Origin: Raja brachyura
Lineage: Eukaryota
NCBI GenBank assembly: GCA_963514005.1
Contig: OY740815.1
Span: forward strand, 2,232,001-2,296,000
DNA: 64,000 nucleotides
Direction of reading: 5' to 3'
Positions 12,205 to 23,829 of the stretch are shown here, one piece after another. The notes beneath the pieces were generated by a model. That model was not told the origin of the DNA. It did not search any database and saw nothing but the letters and a program-made list of their open reading frames with translations. Position numbers and translations under genes: made by a program. How positions within the stretch are numbered: the stretch's first letter is position 1; each line of letters begins with the position of its first letter.

Positions 12205-13989
12205 TTCTTATTCTGGTCCATTGGAGAGACCGAGTGGACAGCTATCTGCAGAGCCAAAAGAGATGGGGGAGATATTGAACAATTTATTTTCTTCGGTATT
12301 CACCAAGGAGAAGGATATTGAATTATGTGAGGTAAGGGAAACTAGTAGAGTAGCTATGGATACTATGAGTTTCAAAGTAAAAGAAGTACTGGCACTTTTG
12401 AAAAATATAAAAGTGGATAAGTCTCCAGGTCCTGACAGGATATTCCCTAGGACATTGAGGGAAGTTAGTGTAGAAATAGCCGGGGCTATGACAGAAATAT
12501 TTCAAATGTCATTAGAAACGGGAATAGTCCCCGAGGATTGGCGTACTGCGCATGTTGTTCCATTGTTTAAAAAGGGCTCTAAAAGTAAACCTAGCAATTA
12601 TAGACCGGTTAGTTTGACTTCAGTGGTGGGCAAATTAATGGAAAAGATACTTAGAGATAATATATATAAGTATCTGGATAAAGAGGGTCTAATTAGGAAC
12701 AGTCAACATGGATTTATGCCTGGAAGGTCATGTTTGACTAATCTTCTTGAATTTTTTGAAGAGGTTACTAGGGAAATTGACGAGGGTAAAGCAGTGGATG
12801 TTGTCTATATGGACTTCAGTAAGGCCTTTGACAAGGTTCCTCATGGAAGGTTGGTTAAGAAGGTTCAACTGTTGGGTATAAATGCAGGAATAGCAAGATG
12901 GATTCAACAGTGGCTGAATGGGAGAAGCCAGAGAGTAATGGTGGATGGCTGTTTGTCGGGTTGGAGGCAGGTGACTAGTGGGGTGCCTCAGGGATCTGTG
13001 TTGGGTCCTTTGTTGTTTGTCATATACATCAATGATCTGGATGAAGGGGTGGTAAATTGGATTAGTAAGTATGCAGATGATACCAAGATAGGGGGTGTTG
13101 TGGATAATGAAGAGGATTTCCAAAGTCTACAGAGTGATTTAGGCCAGTTGGAAAAATGGGCTGAAAGATGGCAGATGGAGTTTAATGCTGATAAATGTGA
13201 GGTGCTACACCTTGGCAGGACAAATCAAAATAGGACGTACATGGTAAACGGTAGGGAATTGAAGAATACAGTTGAACAGAGGGATCTGGGAATAACCGTG
13301 CATAGTTCCTTGAAGGTGGAATCTCATATAGATAGGGTGGTAAAGAAAGCTTTTGGTATGCTAGCCTTTATAAATCAGAGCATTGAGTATAGAAGCTGGG
13401 ATGTAATGTTAAAATTGTACAAGGCGTTGGTGAGACCAAATCTGGAGTATGGTGTGCAGTTTTGGTCACCCAATTATAGGAAGGATGTCAACAAAATAGA
13501 GAGGGTACAGAGGAGATTTACTAGAATGTTGCCTGGGTTTCAACAGCTAAGTTACAGAGATAGGTTAAATAAGTTAGGTCTTTATTCTCTGGAGCGCAGA
13601 AGGTTAAGGGGGGACTTGATTGAGGTCTTTAAAATGATGAGAGGGATAGACAGAGTTAATGTGGACAAGCTTTTCCCTTTGAGAATAGGGAAGATTCAAA
13701 CACGAGGACATGACTTTAGAATTAAGGGACAGAGGTTTAGGGGTAACATGAGGGGGAACTTCTTTACTCAGAGAGTGGTAGCGGTGTGGAATGAGCTTCC
13801 AGTGGAAGTGGTGGCGGCAGGTTCGTTGGTATCATTTAAAAATAAATTGGATAGGCATATGGATGAGAAGGGTATGGAGGGTTATGGTATGAGTGCAGGC
13901 AGGTGGGACTAAGGGGAAAAGGTTGTTCGGCACGGACTTGAAGGGCCGAGATGGCCTGTTTCCGTGCTGTAATTGTTATATGGTTATAT
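12205..13989 (+). mobile_element. Young 5'-truncated CR1-clade LINE with an uninterrupted RT ORF (12221-13912, 563 aa)
   Basis: RT motifs QHGF, DFSKAFD, GVPQGSVLGP, KYADD and a CR1 C-terminal domain; (GTTATATG)n tail; short ggta duplication at 12201-12204 and 13990-13993. Confidence 0.92.
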
Positions 13990-16139
13990 GGTAAGCCATT
14001 TAGAACGGAGACGAGGAAACACTTTTTCTCACAGAGAGTTGTGAGTTTGTGGAATTCTCTGTCTCAGAGGGCGGTGGAGGCCGGTTCTCTGGATATTTTA
14101 AAGAGAGAGTTAGATAGAGCTCTTAAAGATAGCGTAGTCAGAAGATATGGGGAGAAGGCAGGAACGGGGTACTGATTGGTATCATGATCACATTGAATGG
14201 CAGTGGTGGCTCGAAGGGCCAAATGGCCTACTCCTGCACCTATTGTCTAGTGCCAGTAAACCTACCAACCTGCACATCTTTGGGTTGTGGGAGGAAACTA
14301 GAGAACCCAGAGGAAAACCATGTGGTCACCAGGAGACAGACTGTGCGAACATGCCTGGATGGATTACTAGGTTTCAAGGGAGATCTTAAGCACCTTTCCA
14401 TTGGCAACTAAGGATGGCCAATTAAATACTGGATCACCCTGTAAAGCGCACATCCCTTTAATGATTATATAAAAGTGTAATATCCTCTCATATTAACATC
14501 ATGAATCTTTTTGAGTCTCCTCCAATTCTTTTCTTTCTTGGAGACGAAAACCATGTATAGTGCTCCCAGCGGGGTCAAGCAGTACTGTGATGCATTTTTA
14601 TATACAGTTTCTGCTTTTAATTTGTAAGCTAATTTTGTTTTTTAAACATTGCTAGAAATCCAAAATAAAACCTAGAACATTCAGGGATGGAGAATACACT
14701 AAAGTTCCCGTCTCACTTACCCAATGTTTTTCAGCGTCCAAATGCTTTATTTCCATATCCCTTGATTTTGTTAGCCCTAAGAGCGATATCTGACTCATAA
14801 CGTTGGGCACATATATCTGGACTATCTCAGCGGGTCAGGCAACATCTCTGGAGAGAAGGAATGGGTGACATTTCCGGTTGAGACACTTCTTCAAACCCTG
14901 ACCTCTGAAGAAGGGTCTCGACACGAATCATCTCCCATTCCATCAATCCAGAAATGCTGCCCGTTCCGCTGGGTTATTAAAGCATTTTGTGTCCACCTTT
15001 GATATTTGTTTATCTTTTTCCACTTGTAGATGAAACTTGGCGCATTATGGTAATCTGCTTCACACCATTACCAGCATTGAGACCACATCATTTTGTCAGC
15101 TATTCAGTGATTTTAGCCACAATATTTTAAGCACGCTCTTGTTCCCATATCGCTCACCAGCATTGGTAATGTTGGCTACAGTTCCTTTATGGTTTGGAGT
15201 GTTATATGCGAATAAATGATAAGTTTAAAACTTTGCACATTCTGCAAAATAGTTATAATAAAGTCCTAGAGTCATACAGCACAGCAACAGGCCCTTCGGC
15301 CCAACTTGCCCATGCTGAGCAAGATGCCCTATGTACTAGTCCTACCTGCCCACAATTGGCCCATGCCCATCTAAACCTTTCCTATCTATGAACCTGTCCA
15401 AATGTTTCTTAAATGTTGCTACAATACCTGCTTCAACCACCGCCTCTGGCAGCTCATTCCTTATACCCACCATCCTCTGTGGAAAAGGTTGCCCGTCAGG
15501 TTCCTATTAAAAGTTTCAAATCTCACCATAAGCCTCTCTCCCCTGGTTCTTGAACCCCCCCTACTCTGAGTAAAAGACTGTGCATATATTTGACTCTGTG
15601 GATCCCATAAGATCTAATCTACGTCTGAAGAAGTGTCTCAATCCAGCCTACCATGGAAAACCTTATCAAATGCTTGTCGACGTCCATGGCTTTGTTCTCA
15701 ATAATCTTTTTGGTTGCTTCTTCAAAAAACTCAGATTCATAAGACACAATCGCCTGTATACAAAACCATGCTGACTAGCCCTGGTCAGCCCCTGTCTATC
15801 CAAATGCATATATATCTTACCCCTCAGAATACTCTCCAGTAACTCATCTCCAAATAGCTCCGTTCTATCTGCACCACCCCTGTCCAGTCCTGATTTACAT
15901 CCGAGACACCTCACATGTCCTCCACCACGTCTGTAACCTCAATTTTTAGGCACCATCCCCACCATGATGTCTAGTCCCTTTGCACCCCCACTCCCCACCA
16001 GGAGGTCCTCAGGTCCATCTGTTCTCTCCACAGATGCTGCCTGACCAGCTGAGTTCCTCCAGCACTTTATGCTTTGCTCACGATTCCAGCACCTGCAGTT
16101 CCTTGTGTCTCTATGCTTCCAAAAGCATTCAGCTCCTAC

Positions 16140-16279
16140 CTGTCACTCCCAATGGACGAATAGTGTACTCATTCAATGTGAAGCCTTTTTCCAGGGCATG
16201 GGTCCTCATGTTCTTGTTAAAAAGATCACTTCCAGTGAAATAAAGCACACCACAGAAATACTGATCCTTTGGAATGAGC
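16140..16279 (-). CDS. POLB: POLB exon 13 ([46 protein letters not shown])
   Basis: cctgcag acceptor, G|GTAGGA donor, 140 nt; YFTGS, N279, R283, E295. Confidence 0.97.
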
Positions 16280-17121
16280 CTGCAGGGGAAACGTACACAG
16301 TTAGCAACCTTTGGCCAAAGGGCAATAAGCTACTGAACAACGGATATGGTTCATTCCTCAACTCATTCACGTTGGGGAACGTGTTCACTTGCCCAATTTC
16401 TGAAATAGTGCCATTTGGAATATCCCTTTTAAATATACATGAATACAAGTACATAAAGGTAATGGCAAGGCTAGATATAGCGACCAGTATTGTTAGAAGC
16501 AACAAAGGGCTCCCAATGACCGCACAGATGAAACCAATTGAAGACTACCATCCTTTCATCGTGAAACAGCCAACAAAAAGTCATACTTCAGCATATATTG
16601 TTAATTTTTAGTTATGCACTAAAACAAAATCATTTTATAATGTTTTAATCTCGTGTGCAATTTAGCAATCCACTTGTTCATCGGCTAATGCACATTGTAC
16701 CATCTAGATCTTATTGTTAGATCTTTGTTTCATCCATTGAAGGGAAAGGGGAGGGATCAGGCTGGTAGAGCTGCTGCCACAAACCACCAGCGACCTGGGT
16801 TCAATCCTGACCTTGGGTGCTGTCTGTGCGGAGTTTGCACGACCTTCCCTGTGACAGTGTGGGTTTCCTCCGGGTGCTCCAGTATCCACATGTCAAAGAG
16901 GTGCGGATTGGTAGGTTAATTGGTCGCTTGTGTGTCGGGTGGAGTAGGATCTGAGGAGAATCAATGACAATATGGCGAGAATAAAGATGGATTAGATTAG
17001 TGGTAATGGATGGTTGATGCTCAGTTTGGGCTCGGACGGCCAAAGAGACTGTTTCCATGTTGTATCTTTCTCACTCTCTCGCTCTCTCTCATTTTTATTT
17101 TTATTCCAAGGCTAAAATTGA

Positions 17122-17438
17122 TTTTAGTTTAGATTTAGTTTAGATACAGCGCGGACACAGGCCCTTCAGCTCACCGAGTCCGCACCGACCAGCGATCCCC
17201 GCACATTAACACTATCCTACCCACACTAGGGACAATTTACACTTATACCAAGCCAATTAACCTACAAACTTGCACGTCTTTGGAGTGTGGGAGGAAATGA
17301 AGATCTCGGAGAAAACCCACGCGGTCACTGGGAGAACGTGCAAACTCCCTACAGACAGCGCCCGTGGTCATGATCGAACCCGGGTCTCTGGCGCTGCAAG
17401 CGCTGTAAGGCAGCGACTCTACCTCAGCGCCACCGTGC
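17122..17438 (-). repeat. tRNA-derived SINE (HE1/V-SINE-like), representative copy
   Basis: A-box TGGCGC..GGTAG, B-box GGTTCGAT, CR1-like 3' tail GGGCCTGT..CCGCGCTGTATCT(AAACT)n; other copies at ~16760-17065(+), 18790-18980(-), 26715-27028(-), 29710-30017(-), 33117-33441(-), 44055-44630(+), 47230-47450(+), 50178-50484(+), 55951-56241(-), 56960-57240(-), 60753-61023(-), 61795-62080(+), 63390-63645(-). Confidence 0.85.
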
Positions 17439-17649
17439 TACCCTTTTCTCTTTATCTTAATCTATAGTTCAACTATTTTTCTTGATCTTAATGTTTTTAA
17501 TTAATTGCAGATACTTTAGTGTGAGTTCAATTAAAGTTCCCGTTTCCTTTACCTTTTAAAAGGAGCCACCCATCTTCCAGTTGATGGTCCAATACCCGAT
17601 GGAAAGAGTATGTTTTTGAGTAAGTTTAATTATTATTTAATTAGCTCAC

Positions 17650-17714
17650 CTGATGTCAATTCTCCTGAATGGATACTCACTGCCATCACTCTCTTCTGGT
17701 AATCGGCAAACACC
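17650..17714 (-). CDS. POLB: POLB exon 12 (GVCRLPEESDGSEYPFRRIDIR)
   Basis: gaacag acceptor, AG|GTGAGC donor, 65 nt; catalytic D256 in RRIDIR. Confidence 0.96.
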
Positions 17715-20700
17715 CTGTTCAAAAAGGGCAGGGAAAGAGAGAGTTAACAATTCACCAATCTTTATCAATTGTCAGAAAAACAAGCAGCACGAGTAAAGAA
17801 TCAATTCTTGAACAGTCGGGCAACAAAAAAAACCACAGAGACATATTGTGGGTATTTTTGCAATGAAAAGGAAGCATGGATTTAATTGTACTAGTACATT
17901 GTGTGCCGTATGTAAACAAGTTTAAGAACTATCTTTCTTACAGATTAAACTAAAAGTGTGAACAGACCAATATTTTTCATTGATTGCACGATTTGGTGAT
18001 CAGGCAGCAACTGTGCAGAGAATTGCACCATCAAACTAGATAAGTTGCATAAAAGTAGACAAAAAATGGAGAGAAGGGGTAGGTAACGTTTCGGGTCGAG
18101 ACCCAAAACGTCGCCTAGTCCTTTTCCCAATGGATGCTGCCTCACCCGCTGAGTTTCTCCAGCATTTGTTGTCTACTTTTGATTTTTTTCAGCATCTGCA
18201 GTTCCTTCTTAAACAAGTTGCAATAAAATCCAGTTTTCTGAGAAGGGATGTAATATAAAGGAACTGCAGATGCTGGGTTATACCAAAGATAAGCACAAAG
18301 TGCTGGAGTAACTCAGCGGGTCAGAGAACATCTCTGGAGAACATGAATAGGTGACATTTTGGATTTGAAGAAGGGTCCCGACCCAAAATGTCACCTATCC
18401 ATGTTCTTCAGAGATGCTGCCTGACCCATTGAGTTACTCCAGCACTCTGTGAAAGGAATTGTCTTGATGAAAATGACACAGATTGATTAAATATTCCTCT
18501 CACACCACGAGCCACATCTTTAAAGAACTCAGTTATTGCCAAACACCAAGTGGGGAATAGTTTAAACTTGCTCAAAACAGTAACATTAACACTAATTTAT
18601 GCATCATTAAACAAGTAACATTCTGTCCTCTAAAGATTGGCGTCTTCAAATTTATTTTCACTTAAAAATAATTCTTGGGATGATTTGTGGCAATATTGTG
18701 AAATATAAAGAGAATGTAAAGATAAATTGCAAGAGACTATAAATGGTGTGGTAGAGCAGGCAGGCGCAAGTTGATGATATTTAATACACTTCAGCCCACC
18801 GAGTTGGCTCCGACCAGCGATCCCCGCACACTCACACTATCCCACACAAGCTAGAGATCATTTCCAATTATGCCAAGCCAATTAACCTACAAACCTGTAC
18901 GTCTTTGGAATGTGGGAGGATACCGGAGCGCCAAGAGAAAACCTACGCAGGTCACGGGGAGAACGTACAACCTCCTTACAAGCAAAGGTAGACACAAAAT
19001 GCTGGAGTAACTCAGCGGGTGAGGCAAATGGTGACGTTTCGACCAGTGTGTGTTAAGCTTGAGAGACAAGGTAGCTCATGGAAAATCCATGTACAACGCT
19101 CCATCCAAAAACTGTTTCTGACAGGAGCAATTTCATTTGGGAGGCAAAAAAGTGTTGAATCCAATGTATTTTTGTTCATTCAGAAACAATGAATCATGGG
19201 TGTACTGTTAGACGTAAATGTCCCAAAACGTCACCCATTCCTTCTCTCCAGAGATACTGCCTGTCCCGCTGAGTTACTCCAGCATTTTGTGTTTATCTTC
19301 CATCTAAACCAATATCTGCAGCTCCCTCCGACACATGGGCGTACAGTTCACAACTTCTAATCGACCATCAGCATTATTAAACAATCTGCAATCCGACTTT
19401 TAGAAAAATAGTTGCAAGTGTAAATATATATCGAATGTATTTTCTGCAGTTCGAAACAGTTCATTACAGGAGAAATTTTACAATACGATACAACTTTATT
19501 TATCCAAGGAGGGAAATTGATCTGCCAACAGATCAATTGAATTTTCTATTCAATTAGGACATTATATAATTTTGTTAAATCCATATATATATTCTAAAAC
19601 TGCAACGCCTATGCTGATAGTGACATTGTTCATAACTTACATGCTGAAGAAATGTCTTACTTAAGTATAATCCAACCTTGTTTTATTACTAACCACAGAT
19701 ATGCAATCCTCCTCAATGTACACTGAGCATAGAATAGTGCACCTACAAGCAGCTGCATGTACGTGGCTCCTTCATTAAAGGCCGCCTGCATGAACTTTGC
19801 CAAATTCATTTGTTTGATGGACGTTATCCATCTTCCTCGGAATTTATTACTGACAATTTAATTGTTATGCAAATACAAATTAGAAATAGAATGAGAAGAA
19901 GGAACTGCAGATGCTGGTTGACACCGTAGACACAAGAAGCTGGAGTAACTCAGCGGGGTAGGCAGCATCTCTGGAGAGAAGGAACAGGCCACCTATTACT
20001 TCACCGCTGCAATGTTGTTGACAATGCAGTTGAACTCCAATGATCATTGGCTAGGAGTTGCTTACAATGTGCACACAGCAAGGGCTGATCTGCTAAGAAT
20101 CCTCTGTGAGCAAAGACCCTATGTCAGTCTCATGAAGGAGCAATGTGTTTGAGGCTATGATTTTTAGTTCAGGTAGTGGTTTAGATGTACAATGTGGTTC
20201 TGTGTGGAGCGCTGGGCATCCTATGGGTTCAGTCTATCGCACTCTACCTCATGTAAAAGCGACTCTTTTGAGAAACCCTTCTGCCCATGCTGCCAGTTAC
20301 TCTTGATGTGAGAAGGACAAAACTGTGCCCAGTTAAAAGGCCTTTATGAAATGGTGAGTTGCAAACTGAGAAGTATTGTGGTTGTCACCGTGTAATGATC
20401 AATGGGCCAAGTAGTTCAGGGTTTCTTTGATCCTCATCATTAAAGGCAGCGCATTAAATAGCCTTTAAGGTTACAAGCCGCCGAAAAATGTCAAAATGTT
20501 GAAAATCCAGCAGCGACCAGAAAAAGGTACGACTCTTTGGGCGACTACTCACAACCATACAGGCGTCACCCCACGACATGTCAACATTTTGGGTGACCTA
20601 TGACCTATATACAGCATGGAAATAGGCTCTTTGGCCCACTGAGTCCACTCCGACCATCCATCTTCCATACACTAGTCTGAACGACACCACACTGAACTAC

Positions 20701-22110
20701 ACTGCACTTCTGCATCAGTCTGAAGAAGGGTCTGGAAACATATAGGTCAAATCAGGATATTAGGGTTACAGAATATACTGTAAGACCACAGTAAGGGAAG
20801 GCCGGTCTGAGCCAAATGAAGTTTACAATGGCTCTGTTGTTCAAAACTTAATAATACTTCCTCATCGGTGTCTCCAAAGCAGCTGTCACAAAAAGTCTTC
20901 TTGGGCCGGCTGCTCCAGCAGGTAAGCAGGGAAGCAGAGACAGCAAGGTGCAATGCTGTGATTCAACGGGCAATCAATATTCAGACAAGGTAGTAAAACA
21001 GACTATTGCCTGATCGATGCCTCCACTATCAAAGCTTCAGGCAAAGTCTCAACCAGCACTTCAAAGATGCACAACTATCTGATAATAGTTCATTCTAAAC
21101 AGACCAACAGGCAGCAGCTGCCTCACCACTAATAACACTGTATTCAATTTAGCTCAGTTACAATTAACCACAATCCATACCACCCGGCATCCACTTTTAT
21201 TACAAACAGTGGTCATGGCTCTTTCCGCTGAGAAATAGGTTATAATTAAAAAGTGATAGTGTATGGACATGATTAAATACCACAAATCATTCTATTTCAG
21301 GGTCTTGCAAATTTTTCATTTTAGCAAAAAACCTATCGAACAAGTTGCCAGAAACGTGAAGCCAAGAATGGCAGGGTAGCTATTTTGTCACTTTCTTGCA
21401 GTTTAGTTTAGTTGAGAGATACAGCTCGGAAAAAGGCACACTTTTCATATCTCCATTTTTTCTCTCCCCTGACCCTCATTCTGAAGGAGGTCTAGTCCGC
21501 AGCGTCACCCATTCCTTTTCTCCATCAGATAAATGTGGTCTGGATGGCAGTGATTCTGGTGGATCCATTGCTTAAATGATTAGGCTAAATATTACTGGCA
21601 ATTGTTAACATTTTACTAAGTTTTGGACAGAATTTGCCATTGCAGAATTCCAAAACATATTGACTAATATACAGCAGCAAATTCATCACTACCTTCCAAT
21701 CCACAGCAGTATCGGCACTCAGACACCATTTAGATCTGAGATTCTAAAGACATTCATGGGTTTGAACGGGGAGAGAAAGATTAGTTTTTTTTAAATGTTT
21801 TAGTTATTTTTAAGAATGTTGTGTTTTTAAATATCAGAGAACAAATGTTGAGCCAAATCTCTGCTGCCCACCTTATCTTCTGTCTGAGCCTGTCTGGGTG
21901 AGAGTGTCAGACCTGCATCACTGAAACCTAGTCGTCCAACCGGTAGCTGTACAGAAGGCAAGTGAGATTAGTTCTCTTCTCCGGTAGATTAGTGTTAGAG
22001 ATATAGCATGGAAATAGGCCCTTTGGCCCACTGAGTCCACTCCGACCATCCATCTTCCATACACTAGTCTGAACGACACCACCACTGAACTACACTGCAC
22101 TTCTGCATCA

Positions 22111-22140
22111 GTCTGAAGAAGGGTCTCGACCCGAAACGTC
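22111..22140 (+). ncRNA. Minimal type I hammerhead ribozyme core (Penelope pLTR)
   Basis: GTCTGAAGAAGGGTCTCGACCCGAAACGTC, intact consensus core. Confidence 0.65.
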
Positions 22141-23016
22141 ACCCATTCCTTCTCTCCAGGGATGCTGCCTGCAGAGAGTTTTACCACTGCGCCACTGACG
22201 ATTCTAGGTGTGTGGCCAGACCAGCTCCTTATAGGGAGGTCAAGTATTTTGAACGCCACAGGTTTATTACTGCTCTGAAGAACGTTAATGGATTTTTACA
22301 TTTTTAACCAATACGTTAAAAGCTTAAAATGACTAAAGAAATAAAAAATGTCTTTCTGTTCTGAGATGCTAAATGAAATTGGTTTGGGGCAGTTACATGT
22401 ACAACATTAAATCAATTATATTTGACACCTTTGTATTCAGGTACTTTGAAAATAACGTCAATGCATGTAAAATTACCTTTAACAATTTGTACAAGATTTT
22501 TCATCGACTCTAAATTACAGCTGCAAGCATTGCGTTTCATTAAACCTCTACTTTCATGAGGTAGCTACTGAGTTCAAAGTAACAATTAAATCAATTATCA
22601 GGCCAAAATGGACCTGCATACAATTATCTAGAAGTCTCCTGCTTCCTACAGACCATACCATTCACAGCCTTTGGAGAGACCACATCCTGCAATTCTTTTT
22701 TCTGTTGTGAAAGCCCTTCTTATCCTTCTTCATGGTATGTAGCTCTCAAATCTCATTTCCTCATCACTGCTACAGGCGTGCATACCTACAGGGTTGTTGC
22801 ATGCTTATGGGCCTGTCCCACTAATGCATTTTTTTCGGCGACTGCCGACACCCGTCATAGTCTCGGCAGGTCGCCAAACATTTTCAACATGTTGAATATT
22901 CAGCGGCGACCAGAAAAAGGTACGACTCACTGGGCAACTACTCACGACCATACAAGCGTCACCCCAATGTGAGGGGGAATTTTTGCTACAGAGGATTGTT
23001 GCAGATGGTGACAGTA

Positions 23017-23172
23017 TACACACACAGAGACACATATGCACAGACACGCGCAGACACACACGCAGACACGCACACAGACACGCACACAGACACATGCACA
23101 CACACACACGCGTACAGAGACTCACACAGACAAGCTCACAGACACATGCACGCGCACACACACACACACACA
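23017..23172 (+). repeat. Imperfect (CA)n / CACAGA microsatellite
   Basis: Direct inspection. Confidence 0.9.
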
Positions 23173-23510
23173 ATATTTAGGAAGCATCAAGGGACAAATA
23201 CTTGAATCGCCAAGGCAGAGAAGGCTACAGACTTAATGTGGATAACAGATTCGCATGGATGGGTACAATGGGGACATGGATATTGAGACTAGAGGGCCTG
23301 CTGCTGTGCTGTGCTGTGACGCTATCACTTCTCGCTCGTGTTAGAGAAAGGTGAGTAAGTGTTGGCCCAGGAAGGGCACGTTACTCAGGACTACATTCAC
23401 ATCCACATCACATCCACTGTGTAGCCCATAGGACATGATGCCCTAACAAAGAACTGCAGATGCTGGTTAATACACAAAAGGGCACTGAGTGCTGGAGAAC
23501 ATGGATAGGT

Positions 23511-23540
23511 GACGTTTCGGGCCGAGACCCTTCTTCAGAC
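23511..23540 (-). ncRNA. Minimal hammerhead core, sense to POLB
   Basis: Minus strand GTCTGAAGAAGGGTCTCGGCCCGAAACGTC; stem II retained via a G-U pair. Confidence 0.6.
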
Positions 23541-23829
23541 AGAGGAGGAGGACAAATAATTTATCTGCTGTTGAAGGAACGTCACAAGCACCTAAAGGAG
23601 ACAAAATAAATCTGAATAATTGTTTCTTTCTTCACGTGCTGACTGCGGTCATTAAGCTGGTTTATTGTAATCCAAACTACCATCATTGGCAGACCTCAAA
23701 GCACATTTTGTAACAGCCACAACCCTCAAATCAACACTCAAAATATTTATGCAAATGCCATCTAAAACCAGTTTAAAGTAAACAGCCTTGTAATTAAATT
23801 GCATCATTACATGAACCACATCCAGCATA

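Larger units (their letters stand above)
8470..14248 (+). mobile_element. Older HER1/CR1 3' fragment split into three pieces (8470-8654, 12115-12204, 13994-14248)
   Basis: EYCVQFWSP...IETYKI|IKGLD...LRIRG|KPFRTETRKHFFSQRVV...GTGY reads continuously once the two inserts are removed; it matches the unsplit copy at 35625-36245. Confidence 0.85.

Noticed and set aside
12221-13912. 563-aa RT as a domesticated host gene or a prokaryotic retron/defence RT
   Set aside because: Typical 5'-truncated CR1 ORF2 with a 3' microsatellite tail, nested in another LINE; it has no ATG start (begins at TTG)
16069-16611. 180-aa plus-strand ORF
   Set aside because: Antisense shadow of POLB exon 13 plus repeat sequence; no recognisable domain
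17122-17438. tRNA genes at SINE heads
   Set aside because: A and B boxes are present, but they are fused to a SINE body and CR1-like tail; no convincing cloverleaf
22805-23236. Overlapping ORFs rich in His/Thr or Val/Cys
   Set aside because: Translations of a (CA)n microsatellite
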